From IMG/VR virus record IMGVR_UViG_3300023243_000009, positions 74,668-138,667 of that record: DNA of 64,000 nt; one strand, given 5' to 3'. The position numbers and the translations under genes are program-made. Positions 11,714 to 19,839 of the stretch are shown here, piece after piece. Under the pieces are notes generated by a model that did not search any database, was not told where the DNA came from, and saw only the letters and a program-made list of their open reading frames with translations. Position 1 is the stretch's first letter. Each line of letters starts with the position of its first letter. This DNA is from a virus.

Positions 11714-12411
11714 GATTTTAAATATTTAAATTTACTATTCTCGTCTTTCAACATAATATACATTTTCCTTTTATGTATTCCAAATTTTTCCATACATTTT
11801 TTAACTGAGGGGTATATTTCTCCAGTTTCTATATTTTTAATATATTTACCTGTTTTTGGTCCTGCTCCTAATTTTAATTTTCCTTTACCCCCGGCACCAG
11901 GTTTAGGTTTTCCTCTTTGCTTCCAACAGGGTTTACCTTTTCTTTTACTAGGTATTCCCTTTTTTCCTAAACTTATATTCTTTTTATGTTCCTTTGTTTT
12001 AGGTTTTCCGAGCAATGCCTTACTTATTTTGGGTTTTTTAAGACCTTGAAGGGCTTCACTAACTAGAGGGTATGTTTTACCAGTTCGAGATTTGGAGATT
12101 TGCTTCCCTCTATTTAAATACTTTTGTGTTTTCGTAGGACCTCCGTCGCTCCCATAACTTTTATTAGTTAAATTATAAAAAAGAGGGTTATCCTTGGTAT
12201 TATAATATTCTAACCAATAAACCTCTTTAATCTTTAAATCCTCAATAGATAAGCAAGTTTCAATTGTTTTTTTGATGAAATTATTTTTACCATACTTTTG
12301 AATATCTTCTTTTAAAAGAACCCCCCCACCTAAATAGTAGGGGGAGTTATTTCTATCTTTACCTATATATTTCTTACCATTTACCAGATTAGTTGTTTCG
12401 TATATAATCAT
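11707..12411 (-). mobile_element. Free-standing GIY-YIG homing endonuclease with basic NUMOD3-like repeats
   Basis: IYETTNLVNGKKYIG...LG; K-rich HKKNISLGKKG repeats. Confidence 0.85.
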
Positions 12412-12476
12412 AATTTTTGTTATACATATATGAAACCCTAAGGAGAGTAATAAAAGTATACTAAGGGTTTAATTTA

Positions 12477-13178
12477 TTAATGACTATCTTTTAAATTATT
12501 AGCCATTGCAATAGAGTCGAAGTATTCTTTTCTTACTTCTGGTTTTTCCCTAAATACACCTGAGAGTTCATTGGTGACCATTGATGCTCCTCTATGTCCT
12601 GTACCTCTACATGATACACAGGAATGTGATGCTATAATTGAAACTGCAACTCCGATATTTCCCTCGCATATCTTATTTATAGCCTGATGGATAGCCACAG
12701 TTAATTGTTCTTGAATTGCACCTCTACGTCCAAAGTGTTCTACAAGACGATTTAATTTACTTAAACCCACAACTTGACCCCCTTCACCCGGGATGTATCC
12801 TATATGGACTCTACCTAATATAGATTCGTGGTGGTGACTACACATACTTGTTAAAGGTATATTACATTCCAAAACCATCCCCTGATAACCATCTGAGGGG
12901 AAAGATGTAATTGAGGGTGGGGAATTATATCTCCCAGCCCATTGTTCTAAAACATATTTTTTAGCAATACGTTTTGGTGTTTCCATTGAATTTGGATCGT
13001 TTCTCCAATCGCATCTTAATGCATCTAGAAACTGACCGAATGCCGAGGCGGCATCCTCTATCATTTGTTGTTTTTCTAAATGGGATAAGGGAAAACCAGA
13101 GGCAACACCATTAGCAAATCCTTCTTTTACCACTTCTAACTCTTCGTGGATTTTTCTTCTATCGTTAACATTGCTCAT
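12477..13178 (-). CDS. folE: GTP cyclohydrolase I
   Basis: ETPKRIAK, SMCSHH, GLSKLNR, QEQLT, HSCVSCRG. Confidence 0.96.
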   Translation of the reverse strand: MSNVNDRRKIHEELEVVKEGFANGVASGFPLSHLEKQQMIEDAASAFGQFLDALRCDWRNDPNSMETPKRIAKKYVLEQWAGRYNSPPSITSFPSDGYQGMVLECNIPLTSMCSHHHESILGRVHIGYIPGEGGQVVGLSKLNRLVEHFGRRGAIQEQLTVAIHQAINKICEGNIGVAVSIIASHSCVSCRGTGHRGASMVTNELSGVFREKPEVRKEYFDSIAMANNLKDSH

Positions 13179-13326
13179 TTATATAACTTTTTATTTTATC
13201 TATTAAAACTAATACATCATCGGGGTCCATTGTTATTGCACAACAGACGTTAATATTCTCCTCTATTTCCTCCAATATACGAAGGGCTTCTTGCTTATCC
13301 AAATTAATTGTTGTATTTAAACATTA

Positions 13327-14214
13327 TCATACGCATCGGTCTTGCTCAAATGCTATAATGTGTGGGCGCCAAGTCATGCGGTATCCGTTATCTCTAACCC
13401 AATCAAATACTAAAGGGTATGATTGAAATAATCCCTCCCTTGTATCACCACTAGGCATAAACCACACTTTTTCTTTAATCCAGTCATTCATCTCATCTAC
13501 TGTATAAGCATCAGTCCAAGATGTTGTCCCGTAAGTTCTTTCATGTAATTTTTCTACTAACTGATTGATGAATTCTTTTATTTCAGCTAAAGCCACTTCA
13601 TCTTTTCCGTCCCATACAGGTTTTAAATGGAAATCTTGATGATAAACTATCGAATCAGCAATTGCATCTATATTTAACCTAAGTTTATTATGTTGTTTTA
13701 TCATTTTTTCATCCGTAATACCACCTTGAGGTGTTCTAACACCAACAACGGGGACACTATTACTAAACTTAGGACTAATGCTAAGCAAATGAATAGGATA
13801 ATCGGTAGCAAGAAAATGAGATCCCTCAGTTTCAATAGTAATATAAATATTTTTTTCATGTGCAAAATGTGTTAATTCATTTACTAAAGCAGCATGCATA
13901 GTAGGAGAACCCCCAGTAAGCATCATTTCTTTGATGTGGGGATTATCTTTATACATATCAATTATAGATTGGAAATTGTAAATTCCTTTCTCGGGGTGTA
14001 TCGATGTATAAAAAGAATCGCACCATCCACCTTCACCAAAATAACATCTGTGGGTACATCCTGTTGTACGTATAACTACTGTTGGGTATCCTGCTCTAGA
14101 TCCTTCTGATTGTACAGCGGTGTAAACTTCTACAATAGGTAAAACCTTATCATAGTCTGGTAATCGTTTTAATTGTTTTTGTTCCATAATTTTTTTAAGT
14201 GGTTTTTGTTTCAC
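13327..14214 (-). CDS. queE: 7-carboxy-7-deazaguanine synthase (radical SAM)
   Basis: VQSEG, RTTGCTHRC...WCDS, LTGGSP, TIETEG, SPK. Confidence 0.9.
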   Translation of the reverse strand: MKQKPLKKIMEQKQLKRLPDYDKVLPIVEVYTAVQSEGSRAGYPTVVIRTTGCTHRCYFGEGGWCDSFYTSIHPEKGIYNFQSIIDMYKDNPHIKEMMLTGGSPTMHAALVNELTHFAHEKNIYITIETEGSHFLATDYPIHLLSISPKFSNSVPVVGVRTPQGGITDEKMIKQHNKLRLNIDAIADSIVYHQDFHLKPVWDGKDEVALAEIKEFINQLVEKLHERTYGTTSWTDAYTVDEMNDWIKEKVWFMPSGDTREGLFQSYPLVFDWVRDNGYRMTWRPHIIAFEQDRCV

Positions 14215-14220
14215 TATTTT

Positions 14221-14685
14221 TTATTCGCAATAATAGGCAGCATTTTTTCCATGTTCCATGAACTTCACCTTAGTAACCCTAACTCTATTAAACGTTTCTG
14301 TTTTAACAAATACATTTAATTTACCAAAGATATACTCTGCGAATTTTTCTGCTCCTGTAGAAGGTATTACTCTTACCTGAGCAACTCCTGCTTCTCCCAT
14401 TTGTTTAAATGCTTCTACTTCAGGATCATCTTCTGCTACAATCAAGGTATGATCGAAAGTATAATCCATCCAAGCTTTTGGTTGTTTACCATCAATTAAA
14501 GTAGATGCGCGTTTCATTCCACCGAAATCCCAAACCCAATTCCTATCGTCTAATTCACCCTCAAAGTAAACTTTGAATGAAATTCCATAACCGTGTATGA
14601 ATTTACACATTGTACCCTCTGCTCTCCATTGACGGAATACAGTGCTGAATCCGTCGAATACTTTACTTGATTGAAATTTACCCAT
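14221..14685 (-). CDS. queD: 6-carboxy-5,6,7,8-tetrahydropterin synthase
   Basis: CKFIHGY, WVWDFGG, FDHT, AEKFA, VKFMEH. Confidence 0.85.
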   Translation of the reverse strand: MGKFQSSKVFDGFSTVFRQWRAEGTMCKFIHGYGISFKVYFEGELDDRNWVWDFGGMKRASTLIDGKQPKAWMDYTFDHTLIVAEDDPEVEAFKQMGEAGVAQVRVIPSTGAEKFAEYIFGKLNVFVKTETFNRVRVTKVKFMEHGKNAAYYCE

Positions 14686-14929
14686 TATAGAAGTTTTGAA
14701 TTGCTTGTTCTGTATTTAACCCTAATAATCTATCTTTTGCTTCACCATTTTCTAGTAAGACTAGAGTGGGGATGTTTCGTATTGCGTATTTCGCCGTAAG
14801 CTCGGTATTTTGGTCTACATCAACTTTTTTGAAGTTGATTTTTCCTTCGGATTGTAATTTTTCCATTCGGGGTGCTAACTGTTTACATGGTCCACACCAG
14901 GTCCCTGTGAAGTACAATATTTCTCTCAT
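14678..14929 (-). CDS. Thioredoxin
   Basis: WCGPC active site, IPTL cis-Pro. Confidence 0.92.
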   Translation of the reverse strand: MREILYFTGTWCGPCKQLAPRMEKLQSEGKINFKKVDVDQNTELTAKYAIRNIPTLVLLENGEAKDRLLGLNTEQAIQNFYNG

Positions 14930-14954
14930 TTTTAGTTATTTAATTTATTTTGGT

Positions 14955-15119
14955 TTATACTAATTCTTCTACTATTCCTATTCCTTCACTTAATATAAGT
15001 AAACCTACTGCGAAATCCAAACTATAACATAAAGAAATGTAACCTAAGATACGGATACATGACTTAGTGAAGTTAATTCTTTGGTGAAGGTGGTCATTTG
15101 GGTTTTTTTGGTTGTTCAT
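14955..15119 (-). CDS. Small membrane protein (54 aa, not in ORF track)
   Basis: Manual translation MNNQKNPNDHLHQRINFTKSCIRILGYISLCYSLDFAVGLLILSEGIGIVEELV; promoter motif upstream. Confidence 0.55.
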   Translation of the reverse strand: MNNQKNPNDHLHQRINFTKSCIRILGYISLCYSLDFAVGLLILSEGIGIVEELV

Positions 15120-15202
15120 AATTTATGTGTTAATATACAAAAGAAGACTCGCATTGGCAAGTCTTCTTATACATTTATTTGAGATATTGGATAAAATTAT
15201 TG

Positions 15203-15275
15203 TGGTCCGTATAGGAATCGAACCTATGACCTTTTCGTTATGAGCGAACTTCTCTACCAGCTGAGATAACGGACC
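15203..15275 (-). tRNA. tRNA-Met/Ile2 (CAT)
   Basis: GGTCCGT/ACGGACC acceptor, loop CT CAT AA, GGTTCGATTCC. Confidence 0.85.
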
Positions 15276-15337
15276 TTGCCTTTTTTAGAGTTTTTAGGAT
15301 AGAACTCAAGGACAGAACGACCTGTAAAACTATTTAG

Positions 15338-15408
15338 AAGCGGATTGAGGACTCGAACCTCGCCTCAGGGTTATGAGCCCTACATGCTGCCAATTACACC
15401 AAACCGCA
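15338..15408 (-). tRNA. tRNA-fMet-like (CAT)
   Basis: Anticodon stem with three G-C pairs (GGG CTCATAA CCC), 1:72 mismatch. Confidence 0.75.
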
Positions 15409-15411
15409 ATT

Positions 15412-15486
15412 TGGCGGTCTATGAGGGTTTCGATCCCTCTACTCTACCGTGACAGGGTAGCATGATAGCCAGTTCACAAATAGACC
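15412..15486 (-). tRNA. tRNA-Asp (GTC), encoded CCA
   Basis: CTACC CT GTC AC GGTAG; G73; T-loop GGATCGAAA. Confidence 0.9.
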
Positions 15487-15702
15487 GGTTTTGCTTAGTG
15501 AGATTACTAAGCTAGATTTTAACGGTTTTATTTCCTTTCAAACAAACTCATAAGTGTCTTACCACATGAAACAAAGTCAAATTACTGGGAGACTCTATTA
15601 CCCGTCTTTATTCCTCAGAGAGCGGCGTTAAGGATGTCCACTCTAGTACCCCCATTTTGTTTATAGACTCCATGGATGTCTGTAAGTATCTCTTACTTAT
15701 TG

Positions 15703-15775
15703 TGGAGTAGATGGGACTCGAACCCACATACTTTACCTTGCAAAGGTACTGCTAAGCCAATTTAGCTACAACCCC
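15703..15775 (-). tRNA. tRNA-Ala (TGC)
   Basis: G3:U70 acceptor pair, loop TT TGC AA. Confidence 0.9.
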
Positions 15776-15948
15776 AATTAATTAAAAACTCTTTGTCCAA
15801 ATTTCAGTTATGGAATTACGCTCCTTTGTTTCAGAGAGTAGATAACCTCTACAATAAACACAACTGCTGATACAGCTTACATATTACTTGAGGTATTTTA
15901 CAAGTCTGAATACTATTGTTTATCTTCAAGCAAAGAATTTTTAATTTG

Positions 15949-16020
15949 TATTCCTGGAGGGTATCGATCCCTCTACTCTACCGTGAAAGGGTAGTGACTT
16001 AGCCAGTTGTCGACAGGAAC
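15949..16020 (-). tRNA. tRNA-Glu (TTC)
   Basis: CTACC CT TTC AC GGTAG; acceptor GTTCCTG/CAGGAAT. Confidence 0.88.
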
Positions 16021-16026
16021 ATTCAG

Positions 16027-16108
16027 CGGAAGAGATAGGATTCGAACCTACAAAGCTTTTACACCCGACTGTTTTCAAGACAGCTTAACAACCATTGTCC
16101 ACTCTTCC
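16027..16108 (-). tRNA. tRNA-Ser (TGA)
   Basis: Loop CT TGA AA, long variable arm, G73. Confidence 0.88.
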
Positions 16109-16287
16109 AATTGTAACTTTTAGAACACCTTAGAGTTACCAACTAATTCGACAAAACGATTCGAATGGCATCCGCGCCCATCTGTTTAACAATCCAATAC
16201 TCGAAAGATATTGAGGTTTAATATTAAACAGACCCGTCATCCGTGTGCTTCGTTCCCTATCCTATGCATCGGAATCAGGCCGTTTTG

Positions 16288-16359
16288 AGCGAATAGAGAG
16301 AATCGAACTCTCGTCCTCTGGTTGGAAGCCAGATGTAATAGCCATTATACTACATTCGC
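16288..16359 (-). tRNA. tRNA-Gly (TCC)
   Basis: TCTGG CT TCC AA CCAGA; GCG acceptor, U73. Confidence 0.92.
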
Positions 16360-16566
16360 GTAATAATTAAATTTTTTGTACTCAATGTACATCATAACTG
16401 TTGTTGTGTAAACAGTGAGTTAAGTTTTTATAATATTACCATGTGTGCACTAGTAATAAATTGTTCTTTACTTAACCTCTACTCTCCCTAGTTTCTATTT
16501 CGAAATTCACCTAGCTATCTGAGATTTATATACCAGGGGATCATACCCTAGTCTTCATTTAATTTG

Positions 16567-16638
16567 AGCCTCCACAAGGAATCGAACCCTGTTAATCCGG
16601 GTACAAACCGGGTACATTACCATTTATGCTTTGGAGGC
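16567..16638 (-). tRNA. tRNA-Thr (TGT)
   Basis: CCCGG TT TGT AC CCGGA; GCCTCCA/TGGAGGC acceptor. Confidence 0.9.
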
Positions 16639-17062
16639 AAATATAAGAGAGGTTCGGGTCTTTCGAGGTTTCTAGAAATATCTGGGACTGGAGATAAACC
16701 TTTATCTTATTCCAGCTTGTCCTAGCTTCACTTACTCTCTTAATATTATAAGTTAGAATGGTTGTTTGAATCCCTTTTCAGTTCACCCTTGAACGTCTAA
16801 CTTTATATTTTACTTCTAATTCTACCCAATACTTCTGTATGGACTAGTATCTAAACTTTTAACGCGTATTAATTATTTAGCGTAGTTATTAAATAAGTTT
16901 TCTCTTATCAGCAGGGCCGGCATATCTTCCTTGGTTGTTTATACCTTGGTTTCAAATCCTTAGCTTACTTTAATAACAATCAGAAGCTCTTTATCCTTAC
17001 GGTCCCGTAGTTTTGGCTGCATACCAACTCCACAGTTAGGCCAGGGCTTTAAAGAGATTTTG

Positions 17063-17214
17063 TAGTCCTAGTTGGAATCGAACCAACCTTTGATAAGTTA
17101 CTTACTCTAATGCTTTAACTTTCTCTTCAAACTAGTATAAGAAGTGTTAAACCAAAAGCCGTAACGTTACCCCACTAGTAAGAGTAGGGGCGACCTACTA
17201 CTACATATAGGACT
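17063..17214 (-). ncRNA. tRNA-like RNA with a greatly expanded anticodon domain (152 nt)
   Basis: Perfect 7-bp acceptor AGTCCTA/TAGGACT, T-arm GTTGG TTCGATT CCAAC, ~110-nt interior. Confidence 0.7.
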
Positions 17215-17226
17215 ATTTTAATTTTG

Positions 17227-17329
17227 TAGCTATGTTAGGATTTGAACCTAATCCGGCTTTACAATACTAAGTGAACTTATCGTTAAACTTAACCTTGGAG
17301 AGGTGCTATCAACCAATGATCTCACAGCT
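17227..17329 (-). ncRNA. tRNA-like RNA with an oversized variable region (103 nt)
   Basis: Acceptor AGCTGTG/CATAGCT, T-arm TTAGG TTCAAAT CCTAA, D-like ATTGGTT, hairpin ACCT CTCCA AGGT. Confidence 0.65.
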
Positions 17330-17523
17330 ATATTTTTTGCACTAACAGTAACTAGCTTATCCTTTTAAATCTGTTAATACTTCGGAATCTAACCGCTCAT
17401 ATCTCAAGTCCAGCGTAAGGACTAATGCTTATATGTTCTTGATATGCAACCTTCTAGGTATAAAGTTCCCACCACTTCACATCTAGAGTAATAAGTCGTA
17501 GATGCTACTCGAGAAGTTTTTTG

Positions 17524-17605
17524 TACGTTTGGAGAGATTCGAACTCTCACACCTTAAGGCACTAGATTCTAAATCTAGCATGTCTACCAATTCCAACACA
17601 AACGC
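17524..17605 (-). tRNA. tRNA-Leu (TAG)
   Basis: CTAGA TT TAG AA TCTAG, long variable arm. Confidence 0.92.
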
Positions 17606-17610
17606 AATTT

Positions 17611-17640
17611 AATCTTATCCAATTATGTCAATGATCTTTT
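17611..17640 (-). promoter_or_regulatory. boxA-like leader motif, copy 2 (GATCATTGACATAATTGGATAAGATT)
   Basis: Near-identical to 21505-21533; both sit immediately 5' of a tRNA run. Confidence 0.5.
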
Positions 17641-17647
17641 ATTAATC

Positions 17648-17848
17648 TTAAAACCTAAGTTTTAATGTTTTTAATTCGCTTTCGATACGAATTATATTCT
17701 TATCAGTTAAGGGAATTTGTTTTTTTGTTTCCTTACAAGTTTTTGTTCCAGATTTTAATTGATCTGATAATCTTGAATAAACTGTTCTTCTTCTATCTTT
17801 TGCTGATAATAGCATACTATGTGAAACTCCATTACTCTTTGATGACAT
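17648..17848 (-). CDS. Hypothetical protein
   Basis: 66-aa ORF with its own promoter motif. Confidence 0.6.
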   Translation of the reverse strand: MSSKSNGVSHSMLLSAKDRRRTVYSRLSDQLKSGTKTCKETKKQIPLTDKNIIRIESELKTLKLRF

Positions 17849-17913
17849 AACTTCTCGGTTTTTATATTTATTACTTATACGTGAATATACGAAACATACC
17901 CCACGTATCCTAA

Positions 17914-18141
17914 TTATTCTTTAATTATTTTTACAATATCATGATCAGTTTCTGGTATTCTATTTTTTAGAAATACAAACCCATCATGTGTTCTTGTTCC
18001 TTGACCTAATCCTTTATCTAAATAACCTACAACATGATCTAGATATTCAGTATCAGTTGTTGGTCTCAAATACATTAACTTAGCACCGTGTGAACTGATT
18101 AAAATATCACCTTTTTTACAATTTCTTAAATCTACGCTCAT
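17914..18141 (-). CDS. Hypothetical protein
   Basis: 75-aa ORF; its promoter is duplicated with the one at ~17885. Confidence 0.6.
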   Translation of the reverse strand: MSVDLRNCKKGDILISSHGAKLMYLRPTTDTEYLDHVVGYLDKGLGQGTRTHDGFVFLKNRIPETDHDIVKIIKE

Positions 18142-18243
18142 AACCTTTATTGTTTTTAATGTTCGAACCTTACGAACACGTGAAGATACGAAACATACCC
18201 CACGTATCCTAATATTTTTGCAATTACTGTTTAATTGCTTTTG

Positions 18244-18316
18244 AGAGTGAGACAGGAATCGAACCCGTTAAAAATTGGTTTTGCAAACCAACTGCCCAAC
18301 CATGAACATCCCACTC
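18244..18316 (-). tRNA. tRNA-Cys (GCA)
   Basis: TTGGT TT GCA AA ACCAA; U73. Confidence 0.88.
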
Positions 18317-18319
18317 TTT

Positions 18320-18829
18320 TTACATACCTAAATATGGTTTCCATTCATCCGGGATAAATGTTGTCTTTTTTAATAACATCAAATAATGCGGCCTTTGGGG
18401 TTTTGGTATTGGTTTACCATATTCCTTTAAAGTTAAATCCGCTTTTTCATTGTTACATCTTTTACAAGCAGTAACTAAATTATCCCATTTATTAGGCCCA
18501 CCTTTAGATTGAGGTATAACGTGATCTAACGTTAGAGTCTTGCGGTTTTCACAACCACAATACACACACTCATACCCATCTCTTTTGAATATATTCTCAC
18601 GTGTTAGAGGTACTTTATGAAAATTCATCTTCACATAAGTGTGTACTCTAATAATAGAGGGTTTAAAGATTGTTAATTCTGGGTTTACTACACCAAATGT
18701 TTCTGGGTATTCCGTTACTACATCAGCATTTCCCTTATATGAGATTACGAATGCCCTTTCTGTAGTAATAATACTCCTAGCAATATAACTAGTGTCAATT
18801 ACTAAGGTTTTGTCATAACGGTTTTTCAT
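18320..18829 (-). CDS. HNH endonuclease
   Basis: RENIFKRDGYECVYCG...LTLDHVIP.SKGG...WDNLVTACKRCNNEK. Confidence 0.92.
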   Translation of the reverse strand: MKNRYDKTLVIDTSYIARSIITTERAFVISYKGNADVVTEYPETFGVVNPELTIFKPSIIRVHTYVKMNFHKVPLTRENIFKRDGYECVYCGCENRKTLTLDHVIPQSKGGPNKWDNLVTACKRCNNEKADLTLKEYGKPIPKPQRPHYLMLLKKTTFIPDEWKPYLGM

Positions 18830-18839
18830 GATTAAATAA

Positions 18840-19019
18840 CTATGGTTTATATTGTGTGTTTCTAAACGTTTTCCAATTTATCTCTTTACGTTTATTCCTA
18901 CCATTACATCCACTATTGGGACCACATAATGGACACCCTAATACTTGTCCGGAGTGGTACATTTTGTACGTACGAGAATTGGTTGTTGTTTGTTGAAATT
19001 TTTTTACTTTTTTTAACAT
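18840..19019 (-). CDS. Small basic Cys-containing protein (59 aa, not in ORF track)
   Basis: Manual translation MLKKVKKFQQ...GCPLCGPNSGCNGRNKRKEINWKTFRNTQYKP. Confidence 0.55.
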   Translation of the reverse strand: MLKKVKKFQQTTTNSRTYKMYHSGQVLGCPLCGPNSGCNGRNKRKEINWKTFRNTQYKP

Positions 19020-19093
19020 GTTTGCTCTGTTTTTAGGTTAATTTACCTAAAGAGCATCGAATTTTTTTTTCATTTTTAAATTATTTAATTTTG

Positions 19094-19162
19094 CACGCCA
19101 TCAAAGAATCGAACTCTGTCCTACGGGGTTGGAATCCGTTTGGTTACCATAACCTATGACGC
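19094..19162 (-). tRNA. tRNA-Trp (CCA)
   Basis: Loop TT CCA AC, G73. Confidence 0.8.
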
Positions 19163-19232
19163 ATATAGAAAAACTGTTCAGATTCAATCCTGCCGAAGCT
19201 GTCCAGATTGGGGATCCTGTTTTTCTATTTTG

Positions 19233-19305
19233 AACCCCTGCCCAGATTCAAACTGGGATTGGAAGGATAGAAGCCTACTGTTTTATTCAGTTAAACTACA
19301 AGGGC
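19233..19305 (-). tRNA. tRNA-Arg (TCT)
   Basis: Loop CT TCT AT; acceptor GCCCTTG/CAGGGGT. Confidence 0.8.
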
Positions 19306-19312
19306 ATTAATG

Positions 19313-19385
19313 AATTCCCGGAGAGATTCGAACTCTCAATCTCTCGATTCGTATTCGAGGGCATTGCCATTTATGCTACGGAAAT
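19313..19385 (-). tRNA. tRNA-Arg (ACG)
   Basis: CTCGA AT ACG AA TCGAG. Confidence 0.85.
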
Positions 19386-19407
19386 ATTTGGAGGTTTTTC
19401 CTTATTG

Positions 19408-19487
19408 TACCCGTGATAGGATTCGAACCTACAAGCCGAAGCAATCGCGTTTAAGACGACCATGTTTTCCAATTTCATCACACGGGC
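19408..19487 (-). tRNA. tRNA-Leu (TAA)
   Basis: Loop CT TAA AC, long variable arm GC TTCG GC. Confidence 0.9.
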
Positions 19488-19586
19488 ATAAAGCCAACCC
19501 CGTAGGTTAGCAGGACATCTTTAGGTAATGTCTTTGCAAGAATTTTCATCTCTGACCAATTCGATCACCCTTTGGGCGTCAATAGG

Positions 19587-19660
19587 GGTGTAAGGTGGGT
19601 TTCGATCCCACTACCCTTCGGATCACAACCGAACGCTCTTCCGATTGAGCTACAAACACC
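19587..19660 (-). tRNA. tRNA-His (GTG)
   Basis: TTCGG TT GTG AT CCGAA, G-1, C73. Confidence 0.9.
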
Positions 19661-19761
19661 ATATTTGTAAGGCTCCCACTTTCCTTACTTGTTAGTCTAA
19701 AGTTTTATCTTTGCAGAAGCAGGTGACTAAATTATCCTTTAACCCGAGTGGTTTTAAATAG

Positions 19762-19833
19762 TATCAATAGATAGGATTGAACCATCGACCTGTTCCATAT
19801 GAAAGAACCGCTCTACCACTGAGCTATATTGAT
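19762..19833 (-). tRNA. tRNA-Ile2/Met (CAT) with an irregular T-arm
   Basis: GTTCT TT CAT AT GGAAC; canonical AGCTCAGTGGTAGAGC D-arm. Confidence 0.75.
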
Positions 19834-19839
19834 GTTTTG

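Noticed and set aside
16870-16905. tmRNA, because AAT AAC TAC GCT (NNYA) resembles a Bacteroidota tag peptide
   Set aside because: The frame ends NNYAK*, not ...ALAA, and no flanking Ala-type (G3:U70) tRNA-like domain encloses it
16900-17056. Group I intron or RNase P RNA (fragments GCAGCCAA, AAGATATG, AAAGCCCTGG)
   Set aside because: Could not assemble P3/P7 or the P4 GAAAGUCC/GGCUU core, and there is no interrupted host gene; left as an unknown RNA pending a covariance search
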